Source: Acidobacteriota bacterium
GTDB lineage: Bacteria > Acidobacteriota > UBA6911 > RPQK01 > JAJDTT01
Assembly (NCBI GenBank): GCA_965217775.1
Contig: CBDCJH010000002.1
Span: forward strand, 3,040,001-3,104,000
Reading direction: 5' to 3'
DNA length: 64,000 nucleotides
Shown: piece after piece, positions 10,554-20,018 of the stretch
Numbering within the stretch: position 1 is the first letter of the stretch
Layout of the letters: each line of letters begins with the position of its first letter
Position numbers and translations under genes: made by a program
Notes under the pieces: model-generated
What the model was told of the DNA's origin: nothing
What the model saw: the letters and a program-made list of their open reading frames with translations, nothing else
Databases searched by the model: none

Positions 10554-12004
10554 ACCGAATCCCTGACCGTTTCCCGATCATCGAAGGGGATCCGTACGCC
10601 CCGGATCTCCTGATAGGCTTCTTGTCCCTTGCCCGCCACCAGGACCAGATCTCCGGTCCGGGCCAGCTTCACGACGCGGTCAATCGCCTCTTTCCGATCG
10701 GTGATGGTTTCGAAGTTGCTTCTCTCGGGCGGGATTCCCGCCCTTATCTGCCGAAGGATGGCCTCCGGATCCTCGCTACGCGGATTGTCCGTGGTCAGAA
10801 TGGTCCAGTCCGACTGGCGGGTGGCGATTTCGCCCATCCGCGGACGTTTGGACGCGTCCCGGTCTCCGCCGCAGCCGAAGACGCAAAGCACGCGGTTCGA
10901 GGTCAAGCCCCGGGCCAGGCACAATACGTTCTCCAGTGCGTCCGGCGTATGAGCGTAGTCCACGACCACCGTGTAGTCCCGGTCCACGTCTACCTTCTCG
11001 AAACGGCCGGGGACCCGGTCGAGGCTGGAGATGCCGCTGCAGATCTGTTCGTCCGGAATCCCCAGTGCATGGCAGGCCGCCACCGCCGCCATGATGTTGT
11101 ACAGGTTGTGATCTCCGACCAGGGGACTGCTCAAGGTAAGGCCTCGACCCCGGCACTCGAGTTCGAGCCGTGTCCCGTCAACCGTGGTCGTCCGCGTCAG
11201 AGGGCGGACCTGCGCCTCCGGCGTCATTCCGAAGGTCACGGCCTCACCTTCCGGACGGAGCCGGCGGCTCGCCGGATCGTCGTGATTGATCACCGACCAG
11301 GCCAGACCGGGGTTGTATTCGGACTGGAACAGGAGGCGCTTGGCCTGGAGGTAGTTCTCACGAGTGCGATGAAAGTCCAGGTGATCCTGGGTCAGATTGG
11401 TGAAGACGGCCACCGGGAACCGGCAGCCGTAGACCCGGTTCAGGGCGAGGGAATGCGAGGAAACCTCCATCACGCCCCGGCAGCAGCCGGCTTCGATTGC
11501 CTGGTGCAGAATCGCCTGGATGTCGATCGATTCCGGCGTGGTCCGCTCCGAGGACCAGTTCCTGCCGCCGAGACGCGCTCCCAGGGTCCCCATCACGAGA
11601 GACGGTTCCCCTTGGCTCATGATGGAGTGCACCAGAAATGCGGTCGTGGTCTTGCCGTTGGTCCCGGTTATGCCCACCAGCCTCAGCTTGCTGGACGGGT
11701 GTCCGAAGAAGTGATCCGCGACGCTGGCCATGGAGCGCCGGATACACGAAACCTGGATCCAAACGAAGCCGCAATTGTCCGGAGCCGGCCGTTCCGAGGC
11801 CACGGCAACCGCACCCCGTTTCAGAGCCTGATCCAGGTAGAGATGTCCGTCGCTCCGGAACCCTTGGATGGCAAAAAAAAGGCTTCCGGTTTCCGCTTGC
11901 CGGGAGTCGTAAGCCAGGGACTCGATCTCCGGGTCGCCCGCCTCAGCGACGGCGCTCACGAATGCTCTGACTCCTTCGGCCGAGAGCAAGCTGCTGAGTC
12001 TCAT
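10541..12004 (-). CDS. murE: UDP-MurNAc-dipeptide--meso-diaminopimelate ligase
   Basis: Start reassigned to ATG 12004 (MRLSSLL); GTNGKTT, MEVSSH, DYAHTPD, FGCGGDRD; the DNPR motif indicates meso-DAP specificity. Confidence 0.96.
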   Translation of the reverse strand: MRLSSLLSAEGVRAFVSAVAEAGDPEIESLAYDSRQAETGSLFFAIQGFRSDGHLYLDQALKRGAVAVASERPAPDNCGFVWIQVSCIRRSMASVADHFFGHPSSKLRLVGITGTNGKTTTAFLVHSIMSQGEPSLVMGTLGARLGGRNWSSERTTPESIDIQAILHQAIEAGCCRGVMEVSSHSLALNRVYGCRFPVAVFTNLTQDHLDFHRTRENYLQAKRLLFQSEYNPGLAWSVINHDDPASRRLRPEGEAVTFGMTPEAQVRPLTRTTTVDGTRLELECRGRGLTLSSPLVGDHNLYNIMAAVAACHALGIPDEQICSGISSLDRVPGRFEKVDVDRDYTVVVDYAHTPDALENVLCLARGLTSNRVLCVFGCGGDRDASKRPRMGEIATRQSDWTILTTDNPRSEDPEAILRQIRAGIPPERSNFETITDRKEAIDRVVKLARTGDLVLVAGKGQEAYQEIRGVRIPFDDRETVRDSVCSD

Positions 12005-14072
12005 AGATGGAGCTTTCCGTGCTGTCCAAATGGACCTGACACATCGATTCGGGGAAAACCGGAGTGCCGGGTTTGGGGTGCTGTGCCACAACCAGGCCGC
12101 TGCCGGTCACTCTCAACCTCAGAGAGAGACTGCCGGCCTTTCGGAGTGCTTCCCGGAGGCTGAGACCACTCAGGTCCGGGAGCGGGAAGGTCCCGGTTGC
12201 CACCGTCACCGACCTGCCTCCATCCGCGTCCGGTTTTCCGTCTCCGATCAGGCTCGACAATTCCGCTGCCAGCCCATCCCGCGTCAACGGCTCCTCGGCC
12301 GCTGACGCCGTCAGGTCCACCGGCCGGCTCGGCCGCTTCTTCTTTTGGCGAGCCAGCAGCCTGCCCGGCTGCGGCAACGGTCGATCCTGAGGGACCTGGA
12401 GACTGACCAGAGACCGTTCCATGATGCGGCGGAAGGCGGGAGCGGCCACGATTCCACCGTAGTGGTGGACTCGAGGCTCGTCGATGACGACCAGCGCGGC
12501 CAGTACCGGATTCGAGAGGGGCGCGATTCCGCCAAACGAGGCCACGAAACGGGTGCGCGAATAGCTGCCGTCCACGAACTTCTGAGCGGTGCCGGTCTTT
12601 CCGCCGGCCGAGTATCCGGCCGGCTGGGCCCTGCGTCCCGTCCCTCGTTCCACGACCATGCCCATGGCATTCCTGATGGTCCGAACGGTCTCCGCAGACA
12701 GAATCCTCTCGCGCTCGACGCGGTTCTCCTCCAATACCGTTCCGTCCTCGGAGAGGGTGTGCCGGACCAGGCGGGGTTTCACCAGATAGCCTCCGTTGCC
12801 GAAGACCGCGAAGGCACGGACCATCTGGATCGGCGTGACTCCAAGCTCCTGTCCGATGGAAAGGGCTCCTATGGAGATTCGGGACCAGCGTTCCGGTGGA
12901 ACCAGCAGGCCAACCTGCTCTCCCGGCAATTCGATTCGCGTCTTGCTTCCGAAACCGAATCGCCGGATGTAGGAATACAGTTTTTCCTCACCCAATCGGA
13001 GTCCCATCTTGATGGTGCCGACGTTGCTCGACTTGGCCAGAATCTCCTCGAAGCTGAGGGTCCCGTAGCTCCTCTTGGCTTCCCGGTAGACCTTGCGGCC
13101 CAAGCGCACCGTTCCGACCCGGCAGTCAACCAGTTCTCCCGATTGGACGAGCCCCTCCTCCAGGGCGGCTGACAGCGTCACCAGCTTGAAGGTCGACCCC
13201 GGTTCATAGATGTCGAGGATGGCACGGTTTCGTTTTTCTTCGGGGCCGTAGCTGGTGTAGTCGTTGGGGTTGTAGGTTGGATGGGAGGCCAGGGCCAGAA
13301 TCTCTCCGGTGTGAACATCCATGACGACGGCCGACCCCGACGCCCCTTTGAATTCGCGAATCGTATCCCCCAAGATCTGCTCCACCGAGTACTGGATGGA
13401 CTCGTCCAGATTGAGGACCACGATGTTTCCTCCGGAACCGGTGTCCGAGGATTCACGGTTGTAGACATGCCGCCGACCGTCCACCTTCAGATTGACGCGA
13501 GTCGTCTCGCCCCGCATCACTCCGTCATAGAGGTATTCGACCCCGCCCAGGCCTTCGTTTTCCACCCCCACGAATCCCAGGACGTGAGCCGCCAGTTCCC
13601 ATTGGGGATAGGTTCGCTTCATGTCCCAGTCCACCTGGATGCCCTTGAGCTTCAGCGCGTTGATGGTCGTGACCTGGTGCGGCGGGATCTTTCTCGCCAG
13701 GTAGGTGAAGCCGGTGTTGGAAACGAGCGTCTCCTGGATCTCCTCTCGGCTCAGTGGCAGGAACGGAGCCAGGGCCTTGGCAGCCTTGCCGGGATCCCGG
13801 ACTTGCCCGGCATGACTCCCGACCGAGCCGCTCTCGACGCTTACGGCCAGTTCCCGAAGATTCCGGTCCAGAATCTCGCCCCGCTTGAACCTGACGTAAA
13901 CGTGACCCTTGCTCTGGGCCTGCGCCTGTTGGCGGTAGTGGTCCCGCTTCAAGACCTGCAGGTCCACCAGGCGGACCACAAGGCCCGCGACCGAGACCAG
14001 GACGAGCATGTAGAACAGGATCACCCGTCTTGGGTTCAGGGCGTGGTTCCGGTCTGGGGAATCCGCATTCAT
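11943..14072 (-). CDS. ftsI: Class B penicillin-binding protein FtsI with C-terminal PASTA-like domain
   Basis: Start reassigned to ATG 14072 (ATGA overlap with ftsL); TM helix, RGEILDRN, EPGSTFK (SxxK), SSNVG (SxN), KTGTAQ (KTG); LPDLSGLSLREA...VVAQHPKPG PASTA-like tail. Confidence 0.95.
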   Translation of the reverse strand: MNADSPDRNHALNPRRVILFYMLVLVSVAGLVVRLVDLQVLKRDHYRQQAQAQSKGHVYVRFKRGEILDRNLRELAVSVESGSVGSHAGQVRDPGKAAKALAPFLPLSREEIQETLVSNTGFTYLARKIPPHQVTTINALKLKGIQVDWDMKRTYPQWELAAHVLGFVGVENEGLGGVEYLYDGVMRGETTRVNLKVDGRRHVYNRESSDTGSGGNIVVLNLDESIQYSVEQILGDTIREFKGASGSAVVMDVHTGEILALASHPTYNPNDYTSYGPEEKRNRAILDIYEPGSTFKLVTLSAALEEGLVQSGELVDCRVGTVRLGRKVYREAKRSYGTLSFEEILAKSSNVGTIKMGLRLGEEKLYSYIRRFGFGSKTRIELPGEQVGLLVPPERWSRISIGALSIGQELGVTPIQMVRAFAVFGNGGYLVKPRLVRHTLSEDGTVLEENRVERERILSAETVRTIRNAMGMVVERGTGRRAQPAGYSAGGKTGTAQKFVDGSYSRTRFVASFGGIAPLSNPVLAALVVIDEPRVHHYGGIVAAPAFRRIMERSLVSLQVPQDRPLPQPGRLLARQKKKRPSRPVDLTASAAEEPLTRDGLAAELSSLIGDGKPDADGGRSVTVATGTFPLPDLSGLSLREALRKAGSLSLRLRVTGSGLVVAQHPKPGTPVFPESMCQVHLDSTESSIYETQQLALGRRSQSIRERRR

Positions 14073-14467
14073 TCTGACAAAGCCTCGAAACGGTTGCGGG
14101 CCGCGGCTACCAACTCGCGTCCCGGCTCGGAGAGGCGAGATTTGCCTTCGATGATTCTGACCGACCCGGTGCTGGAATCGATGAGCCCCAGACTCGAGGC
14201 TCGCCGATCGATGGTCTCGGGGTTGATGAGCGTGGCATGCTCGACTCGGAGTGCGTCGTTGAATTCCCGAAGCTCCGTGTTCTCCTTGCGCAGCCGTGCT
14301 GCTTCGTACTGGGATTCCAGGATCCCCATCCGCAGACCCGCGTAGCCGAGCACCAACGCCGCGACCAAGCCAACCGCCAACAACCAGCGCAGCATTTCCC
14401 AACCGGTCGCCCCGGAAACTTCCTGAAGCGGAAGGTTACGATAGTTCTGATAACAGCAATCCATCAT
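14069..14467 (-). CDS. ftsL: Cell division protein FtsL
   Basis: Small protein with one TM helix and a leucine-zipper-like coiled coil, ...LINPETIDRRASSLGL; located between rsmH and ftsI. Confidence 0.85.
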   Translation of the reverse strand: MMDCCYQNYRNLPLQEVSGATGWEMLRWLLAVGLVAALVLGYAGLRMGILESQYEAARLRKENTELREFNDALRVEHATLINPETIDRRASSLGLIDSSTGSVRIIEGKSRLSEPGRELVAAARNRFEALSE

Positions 14468-15519
14468 CTGTCCTGCCCTCTGTTCGCTTCCCTGGCTCCG
14501 TCACCCAACCGGGATCCAACCGCCTTCCGGCCACGTTCCGCACGGGAACCGGCGCCGCCACCGTGACCGCCGGTCGAGGCGTTCAGACGTTCCACGGCTC
14601 GGAGCTTGGAGCTTCGTGCGCGCGGGTTGGTTCGAATCTCGTGTCCCGATGGCCGGACCGGTCTCCGGGTCAGGATTCGAACCCGGCGGCGGCGGGGGCA
14701 TCCGCACAGATCCCGGGGAAAAAAACAGATGCATTTTCCTGATTCCCGGGCAAAAGCCCGCTTCACCAAACGATCCTCGAGGCTGTGAAACGCCAAAACC
14801 ACCAGCCGGCCTCCCGGCCGCAAAAAATCCACAACGCCGGAGAGGAACGCCTCCAGGTTCTTCAATTCCTGATTGACCTCGATTCGAAGAGCCTGAAAGA
14901 CCTGGGTTGCGGGGTGGAGACGAGTCCCCCGGGGCCAACCTTTGACTCGCTCCACCACCGCCGCCAACTCCGTCGTCGTTTCGAAACGCTTCCTGTGGCG
15001 CTCCTCGACCAGCGCCGCTACCACCTTTGCCGCCCCAGTGACCTCGCCGTAGGTCTTGAGAATCTCCACCAGACGTTCGGGGGGCGAATCATTGACCAGA
15101 TTCGCCGCCGTAACGCTCTGGGTGCGGTCCATTCTCATGTCCAGAGGCCCCTCCTTCATGATGCTGAATCCCCGCTCAGCCACCTCCAACTGGAGTGAAG
15201 AAACCCCCACGTCGGCCAGGCAGCCGTCGATCCGGCGAATCCGGAGTCTCCGGAGCAGCCGGGGAAGATTCCTGAAGTTCTCCCGGTGCAGGCTCAGCTT
15301 GGCCTTCGAACCCGCAAGGCGCCGGGCAGCCAGCCGGAGAGCGTCTTCGTCCAGATCCAGGACCACCAGGCGTCCCTCTCCCAACCTCTTCGCGATTGCT
15401 CGGGAATGACCGCCCGGACCGACCGTGCAATCGACGTAAATGCCCTGCGGCCGAACCTGGAGATGGTCCAGAACCGATTTGCACAAGACCGGAATGTGGA
15501 CTGCTTCCATTCTCGTCAT
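14464..15519 (-). CDS. rsmH: 16S rRNA m4C1402 methyltransferase
   Basis: Start at ATG 15519 or 15510; HIPVL, DCTVGPGGHS, DVGVSSLQL, GPLDMRMD, FQALRIEVN, FHSLEDR, NPRARSSKLR. Confidence 0.97.
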   Translation of the reverse strand: MTRMEAVHIPVLCKSVLDHLQVRPQGIYVDCTVGPGGHSRAIAKRLGEGRLVVLDLDEDALRLAARRLAGSKAKLSLHRENFRNLPRLLRRLRIRRIDGCLADVGVSSLQLEVAERGFSIMKEGPLDMRMDRTQSVTAANLVNDSPPERLVEILKTYGEVTGAAKVVAALVEERHRKRFETTTELAAVVERVKGWPRGTRLHPATQVFQALRIEVNQELKNLEAFLSGVVDFLRPGGRLVVLAFHSLEDRLVKRAFARESGKCICFFPRDLCGCPRRRRVRILTRRPVRPSGHEIRTNPRARSSKLRAVERLNASTGGHGGGAGSRAERGRKAVGSRLGDGAREANRGQDR

Positions 15520-15521
15520 GG

Positions 15522-15962
15522 TCAAAGCCCCAACTCCGCCAGGGCGATCTCGTCCTCTCGCGTATACGGATCGGCTTCGAGCAGACTCTCGAAGCGCTCC
15601 CGATTCCAAAGCTGCAGATAGGTCAAGGACCCCATGACCGCAACCCCGTTGCTGATTTCGGCACGTTGTCGGAGATGGGGAGGGATCAGGACTCTTCCCT
15701 GCCGGTCCATGGAGACCATCTGGCCGTAGTAGTTCGTGTTGCGCAGAAACTTGATCTTCTCGGGCAGCATCTTGGGAGGCTCCAGCAACTTGCTCTCGAT
15801 CAGCTCCCATTCGCTGAGGGGATAGATCAGGACGTATTGGCCGGTGGTGCTGGTGACGTACAGCTCCGGGCCGTACTTCTCCTCCATGATCCTCCGATAT
15901 GCCACCGGGATCTTGATCCGTCCCTGAGCGTCGATCTTGGTGGGGAAATTTCCTCTGAACAA
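15522..15962 (-). CDS. mraZ: Division/cell wall cluster transcriptional repressor MraZ
   Basis: Likely TTG start at 15962 (FRGNFPTKIDAQGRIKIP), about 146 aa; two DxxGR repeats (DAQGR, DRQGR). Confidence 0.94.
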   Translation of the reverse strand: MFRGNFPTKIDAQGRIKIPVAYRRIMEEKYGPELYVTSTTGQYVLIYPLSEWELIESKLLEPPKMLPEKIKFLRNTNYYGQMVSMDRQGRVLIPPHLRQRAEISNGVAVMGSLTYLQLWNRERFESLLEADPYTREDEIALAELGL

Positions 15963-15980
15963 AGTGACTATCCGGTATTG

Positions 15981-16020
15981 TCTAGACCTATTTATCCCTT
16001 TTTGAACTAATTTGGACCAC
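15981..16020 (-). promoter_or_regulatory. Four degenerate 10-bp-periodic boxes, putative MraZ operator
   Basis: Minus strand reads GTGGtccaaa TTAGttcaaa AAGGgataaa TAGGtctaga, starting at the -10 box and extending downstream of it. Confidence 0.55.
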
Positions 16021-16048
16021 AATATTCCTATCGCAGACCGAGTGTCAA
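16019..16048 (-). promoter_or_regulatory. Sigma70-type promoter of the dcw operon
   Basis: TTGACA (16043-16048), 18-bp spacer, TATTGT (16019-16024) on the minus strand in an AT-rich patch. Confidence 0.7.
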
Positions 16049-16155
16049 GAAATTTCTAAAGGATCGGGCCCGTTTGGCTCCGGACTGGGGTGGAGATTTG
16101 GTCGCGAGGCGGGAAGCTGCCGACGGTGGGGGCGACTTGCCCTTACGCCGTGTAT

Positions 16156-16285
16156 CCCGCATTTCTCACCAGGTCGCTACGCGTATGATGAAAAATAATC
16201 TGTTTTTGAACATTTACGCGGAATTTTCCAAGGTTTCTCCGGGACAGACTGCGCTGGGCGCTCGCTCGCTGGTGAGAAATGCGGG
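16156..16285. mobile_element. 130-bp MITE-like element with perfect 17-bp terminal inverted repeats
   Basis: CCCGCATTTCTCACCAG (16156-16172) and CTGGTGAGAAATGCGGG (16269-16285); TAT on both flanks; AT-rich interior. Confidence 0.7.
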
Positions 16286-16333
16286 TATGGGACCGGCGGG
16301 AAGACGCCGGAATCGAGCCAGGGAAGGCGGGAA

Positions 16334-18037
16334 TCAGACCGGGTATTCGTGGAGCATCTCGAGGACGGTCTCGACGGCAGCGCCCAGCGGGACCTCCCTC
16401 TTGCTGAGATCCTTGCGGGAAAAGATCTCGACCCGTCCCTGCCGGAGGGCCCGGCCGACGGTGATTCGGATCGGAACCCCAATCAGTTCGGCGTCCTTGA
16501 ACTTGAAACCGGGCCGCTCGTCCCGATCATCCAGAAGACAGTCAATGCCCCGGTCCCAGAGGGTCCGGTAGATCTCACGGGCGGCGGCGAACTGTTTCCG
16601 GTCATCCACCCGCACGACCGTGACCACGACCTGGAACGGCGCCAACGCCCGGGGCCAGACGATACCGTACTCGTCGTGGTACAGCTCCACCGCGGCAGCC
16701 ATGATCCGCTCCAGACCGATTCCGTAGCTGCCCATGATCCAGGGCCGCTCCTTCCCGTCCCGGTCCAGCACCCGGGCCCCCATGGCCTCACTGTACTTGT
16801 ACCCCAGCTTGAAGATGTGTCCGATTTCCAGCGTCTTCTCCACTTGCAGGGGCTGTCCGCAATTCAGACAGGGGTCCCCCTGTTCGATCAAGCGCAGGTC
16901 CTGGTAGTTCGCCTGAAAATCTCGTCCCGGAGTGACATGAACCAGATGGTAGTCGTCCTGATTGGCGCCACAGACCAGGTTCCGCCGGCCCTCCAGCCCC
17001 AGATCGGCCACCACCTTGACGAAGCCGGCCTCCACCGGTCCCAGACTGCCCGCGTCGGCTCCGAACAGGTCCCGGATCTCTTCGGACCGGGCCATTCGGA
17101 GGTCACCGGCGCCGGCCACCCGGCTCAGCTTGAGTTCATTGAGCTGGTGGTCCCCCCGCAGCAACAACAGCCAAGGAGAATCCTGCACCATGTAGACCAG
17201 AGATTTGATCTGCCGGGACTGTGGGACGTCCAGAAAGTCGCTCACCTCCTGAATCGTCTTCCGACCCGGCGTATGCACCCTCCGGGGTGGAAGGTCCACG
17301 GCCTCGTCTTCCTGCGCCGCCAATGCCGATTCGGCCCGATCCAGGTTGGACGCGTACCCGCAGGCACAGGTCACGACATGATCCTCTCCGGCATCGGTCC
17401 GGACCATGAACTCGTGCGAGACGCTACCCCCCATCGCTCCCGAGTCCGCCTCGACCACCAGGTACTGGAGACCGCAGCGATCGAAGATCTTGCGATAGGC
17501 CTGCTCGTGAAGCCGGTAGCTGCAGTCTAATCCCTCGGCGTCGAGGTCGAAACTGTAGGAATCCTTCATGTGAAAGTGGCGCACCCGCAGCAGGCCGGAC
17601 TTGGGGCGGGGTTCATCCCGGAACTTGAGCTGGATCTGATACCAGATCTGGGGCAGTTCGCGGTAGGACCTGATTTCGTCACGAGCGATGGTGGTGAAGA
17701 TCTCCTCATGGGTCATCCCGAGGCACATGTCCCGATCGGAGCGATCCTTGAGCCGGAACATCTCTTCCCCCATGGTTTCCCAGCGGCCCGATTCCCTCCA
17801 GGGCTCGGCCGGATGAAGGGCCGGCAATACGAATTCCTGTGCGCCGATGGCGTCCATCTCGCGGCGGATAATGGCCTCGATTTTTCGCAAGGTTCGTCTC
17901 GCCAGGGGAAGAAAGGAATAGATCCCTGAACCCAACTGACGGACGAACGCGGCGCGCAGCAGAAGCCGATGAGAAGGGACGTCCGCCTCCGCAGGAATCT
18001 CCTTCAGGGTGGGCGCGAAGAACCGGGACCAGTGCAT
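16334..18037 (-). CDS. proS: Proline--tRNA ligase (bacterial type with editing insertion)
   Basis: THEE, KFRDEPRP, MKDSYSF, GSLGP editing domain, EIGHIFKLG, MGSYGIG, anticodon-binding domain. Confidence 0.98.
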   Translation of the reverse strand: MHWSRFFAPTLKEIPAEADVPSHRLLLRAAFVRQLGSGIYSFLPLARRTLRKIEAIIRREMDAIGAQEFVLPALHPAEPWRESGRWETMGEEMFRLKDRSDRDMCLGMTHEEIFTTIARDEIRSYRELPQIWYQIQLKFRDEPRPKSGLLRVRHFHMKDSYSFDLDAEGLDCSYRLHEQAYRKIFDRCGLQYLVVEADSGAMGGSVSHEFMVRTDAGEDHVVTCACGYASNLDRAESALAAQEDEAVDLPPRRVHTPGRKTIQEVSDFLDVPQSRQIKSLVYMVQDSPWLLLLRGDHQLNELKLSRVAGAGDLRMARSEEIRDLFGADAGSLGPVEAGFVKVVADLGLEGRRNLVCGANQDDYHLVHVTPGRDFQANYQDLRLIEQGDPCLNCGQPLQVEKTLEIGHIFKLGYKYSEAMGARVLDRDGKERPWIMGSYGIGLERIMAAAVELYHDEYGIVWPRALAPFQVVVTVVRVDDRKQFAAAREIYRTLWDRGIDCLLDDRDERPGFKFKDAELIGVPIRITVGRALRQGRVEIFSRKDLSKREVPLGAAVETVLEMLHEYPV

Positions 18038-18048
18038 GGGAAGCGCCG

Positions 18049-18089
18049 TTTTTATCGGTTTGACCGGATCAAGTCAAGTGAGCTACCAT
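18049..18089. promoter_or_regulatory. Putative overlapping divergent promoters for proS and rpiB
   Basis: Plus strand TTGACC-18-TACCAT (18060-18089); minus strand TTGACT-17-TAAAAA (18077-18049). Confidence 0.4.
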
Positions 18090-18109
18090 CCCCTGTCGGA
18101 GCTTCGCGC

Positions 18110-18547
18110 ATGCAGATTTGGATTGGCGCTGATCACGCTGGAGTGGCCCTCAAAGACCAGATCAAGGACTTGCTCGAAGCCGATCATCACGAAGTCACCG
18201 ACCAGGGGGCTCACACGGCCGAGAGCGTGGACTACCCCGACTTCGCGGCGTCCGTGGCCCAGGGTGTCTCGTCGGGCAGCGCCGAGCGCGGCATCCTCGT
18301 CTGCGGCACCGGGATCGGCATGGCCATCGCCGCCAACAAGATCTCCGGGGTCCGGGCGGCCGTTTGCCACGACCTGGAAACAGTGCGTCTCAGCCGCCAA
18401 CACAACCAATCCAACGTACTGGCCTTGGGCGCTCGGACTCTTGAGCCGGAGCTGGCCCTTTCCATGGTGCGGGAATGGCTCCGAGTCAGTTTTGAAGGCG
18501 GCCGCCATGACCGCCGAGTCCGCAAGATTTCCTCGCTGGAGCGCTGA
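18110..18547 (+). CDS. rpiB: Ribose 5-phosphate isomerase B
   Basis: Start reassigned to ATG 18110; GADHAG, DYPD, CGTGIG, ANK, HNQSNVL, FEGGRH. Confidence 0.96.
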   Translation: MQIWIGADHAGVALKDQIKDLLEADHHEVTDQGAHTAESVDYPDFAASVAQGVSSGSAERGILVCGTGIGMAIAANKISGVRAAVCHDLETVRLSRQHNQSNVLALGARTLEPELALSMVREWLRVSFEGGRHDRRVRKISSLER

Positions 18548-18700
18548 CTTCGCCGGCGCTCGAAAGTCCATGGCGACCGTCCCACCAAACCAGGAGACCG
18601 GTGAAAAACCCGCTGGTCAAGGCAGGGCGGGGACGCATAGCGGCAGAACGGGACCCATGAAGGCAACCGGCCCCTGACCGCGATTGGAGAAGCAGCAACC

Positions 18701-19960
18701 ATGCATCGATCCTTGTATGAGACAGACTCGGAGGTGGCCGAGGCCATCTCCAACGAGACCCGCAGGCAGAGCGAGACCCTGGAGCTCATCGCCTCCGAGA
18801 ACTACGTCAGTGAGGCCGTCCTGGCGGCCATGGGATCGGTCTTCACCAACAAGTACGCGGAAGGCTACCCGGGCCGCCGGTACTATGGTGGCTGCGAGCA
18901 TGTGGACGTGGTGGAGTCGTTGGCCATCGAGAGAGCCAAGCAGCTCTTCGGCGCCGACCATGCCAACGTCCAGCCTCACTCGGGTACCCAAGCCAACATC
19001 GCCGTCTATCTGTCCGCGCTCGAGCCGGGTGACAAGATTCTGGGTATGAACCTGTCCCACGGGGGCCACCTGTCCCATGGGCACCCACTCAATTTTTCCG
19101 GGAAGTATTTCCGCGTCGCCGCCTACGGCGTCCGCCGGGACACGGAAGCGATCGACTACGACGAGTTGGAGGATCTGGCCAAACGGGAGCAGCCCCGAAT
19201 GATCGTGGCCGGGGCCAGCGCTTACAGCCGGATCATCGATTTTGAACGCCTGTCCCAGATCGCTCGAGGCGTCGGGGCTTATCTGCTGGCCGACATTGCC
19301 CACATCGCCGGTCCGGTGGCGGCCGGCCTGCATCCCAGCCCCATTCCCTTCGCCGATTTCGTCACCACGACGACCCACAAGACCCTTCGCGGCCCCAGAG
19401 GCGGCATCGTCCTCTGCCGCGAAGAGCACAAGAAACGACTCGACCGGCTGGTCTTTCCCGGCACCCAGGGCGGGCCTCTGGTTCACATCATCGCGGCCAA
19501 GGCGGTCTGCCTCAAGGAAGCCCTCAGCCCCGGCTTCAACAGCTATCAGGGCCAGGTCCTTTCCAACGCCAAGGCCTTGGCCCGAAGTGTCGCGGAACAG
19601 GGGTTCCGGATCGTCTCGGGAGGCACCGACAACCACCTTTTCCTGGTGGACTGCCTCTCACGAGGCTTGACGGGCAAACGGGCGGAAGCGACGCTGGAGC
19701 GGGCACGGATCACGATCAACAAGAACACGATCCCTTTCGACACCCATCCTCCACTGGTCACCAGCGGGATCCGGGTCGGGACCCCCACGGTGACCACCTG
19801 CGGCATGAAAGAGGCCGAAATGGATCGAATCGGCGGTTGGATCGGCGAGGCTCTCACGAATTGCGATGACGAGCGGGTTCTGGACGGAATCGGCCACGAA
19901 GTCGTATCGCTGACCCGCCGTCACTCCTTTTACGCCGACCGCCTGCCGCAGCCTGCGTGA
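18701..19960 (+). CDS. glyA: Serine hydroxymethyltransferase
   Basis: [41 protein letters not shown]. Confidence 0.98.
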   Translation: MHRSLYETDSEVAEAISNETRRQSETLELIASENYVSEAVLAAMGSVFTNKYAEGYPGRRYYGGCEHVDVVESLAIERAKQLFGADHANVQPHSGTQANIAVYLSALEPGDKILGMNLSHGGHLSHGHPLNFSGKYFRVAAYGVRRDTEAIDYDELEDLAKREQPRMIVAGASAYSRIIDFERLSQIARGVGAYLLADIAHIAGPVAAGLHPSPIPFADFVTTTTHKTLRGPRGGIVLCREEHKKRLDRLVFPGTQGGPLVHIIAAKAVCLKEALSPGFNSYQGQVLSNAKALARSVAEQGFRIVSGGTDNHLFLVDCLSRGLTGKRAEATLERARITINKNTIPFDTHPPLVTSGIRVGTPTVTTCGMKEAEMDRIGGWIGEALTNCDDERVLDGIGHEVVSLTRRHSFYADRLPQPA

Positions 19961-20018
19961 CCGAGCTCTCGAAAGCGGGGCGGCACCAGGGGAGGCGGGA
20001 AAGGGGAACGCCGGCGTC

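Noticed and set aside
11873-11880. A8 run in murE, and similar A7-A8 runs in rsmH and the CRTAC1 gene, as phase-variation sites
   Set aside because: Reading frames are intact, the runs encode Phe/Leu codons, and murE is essential
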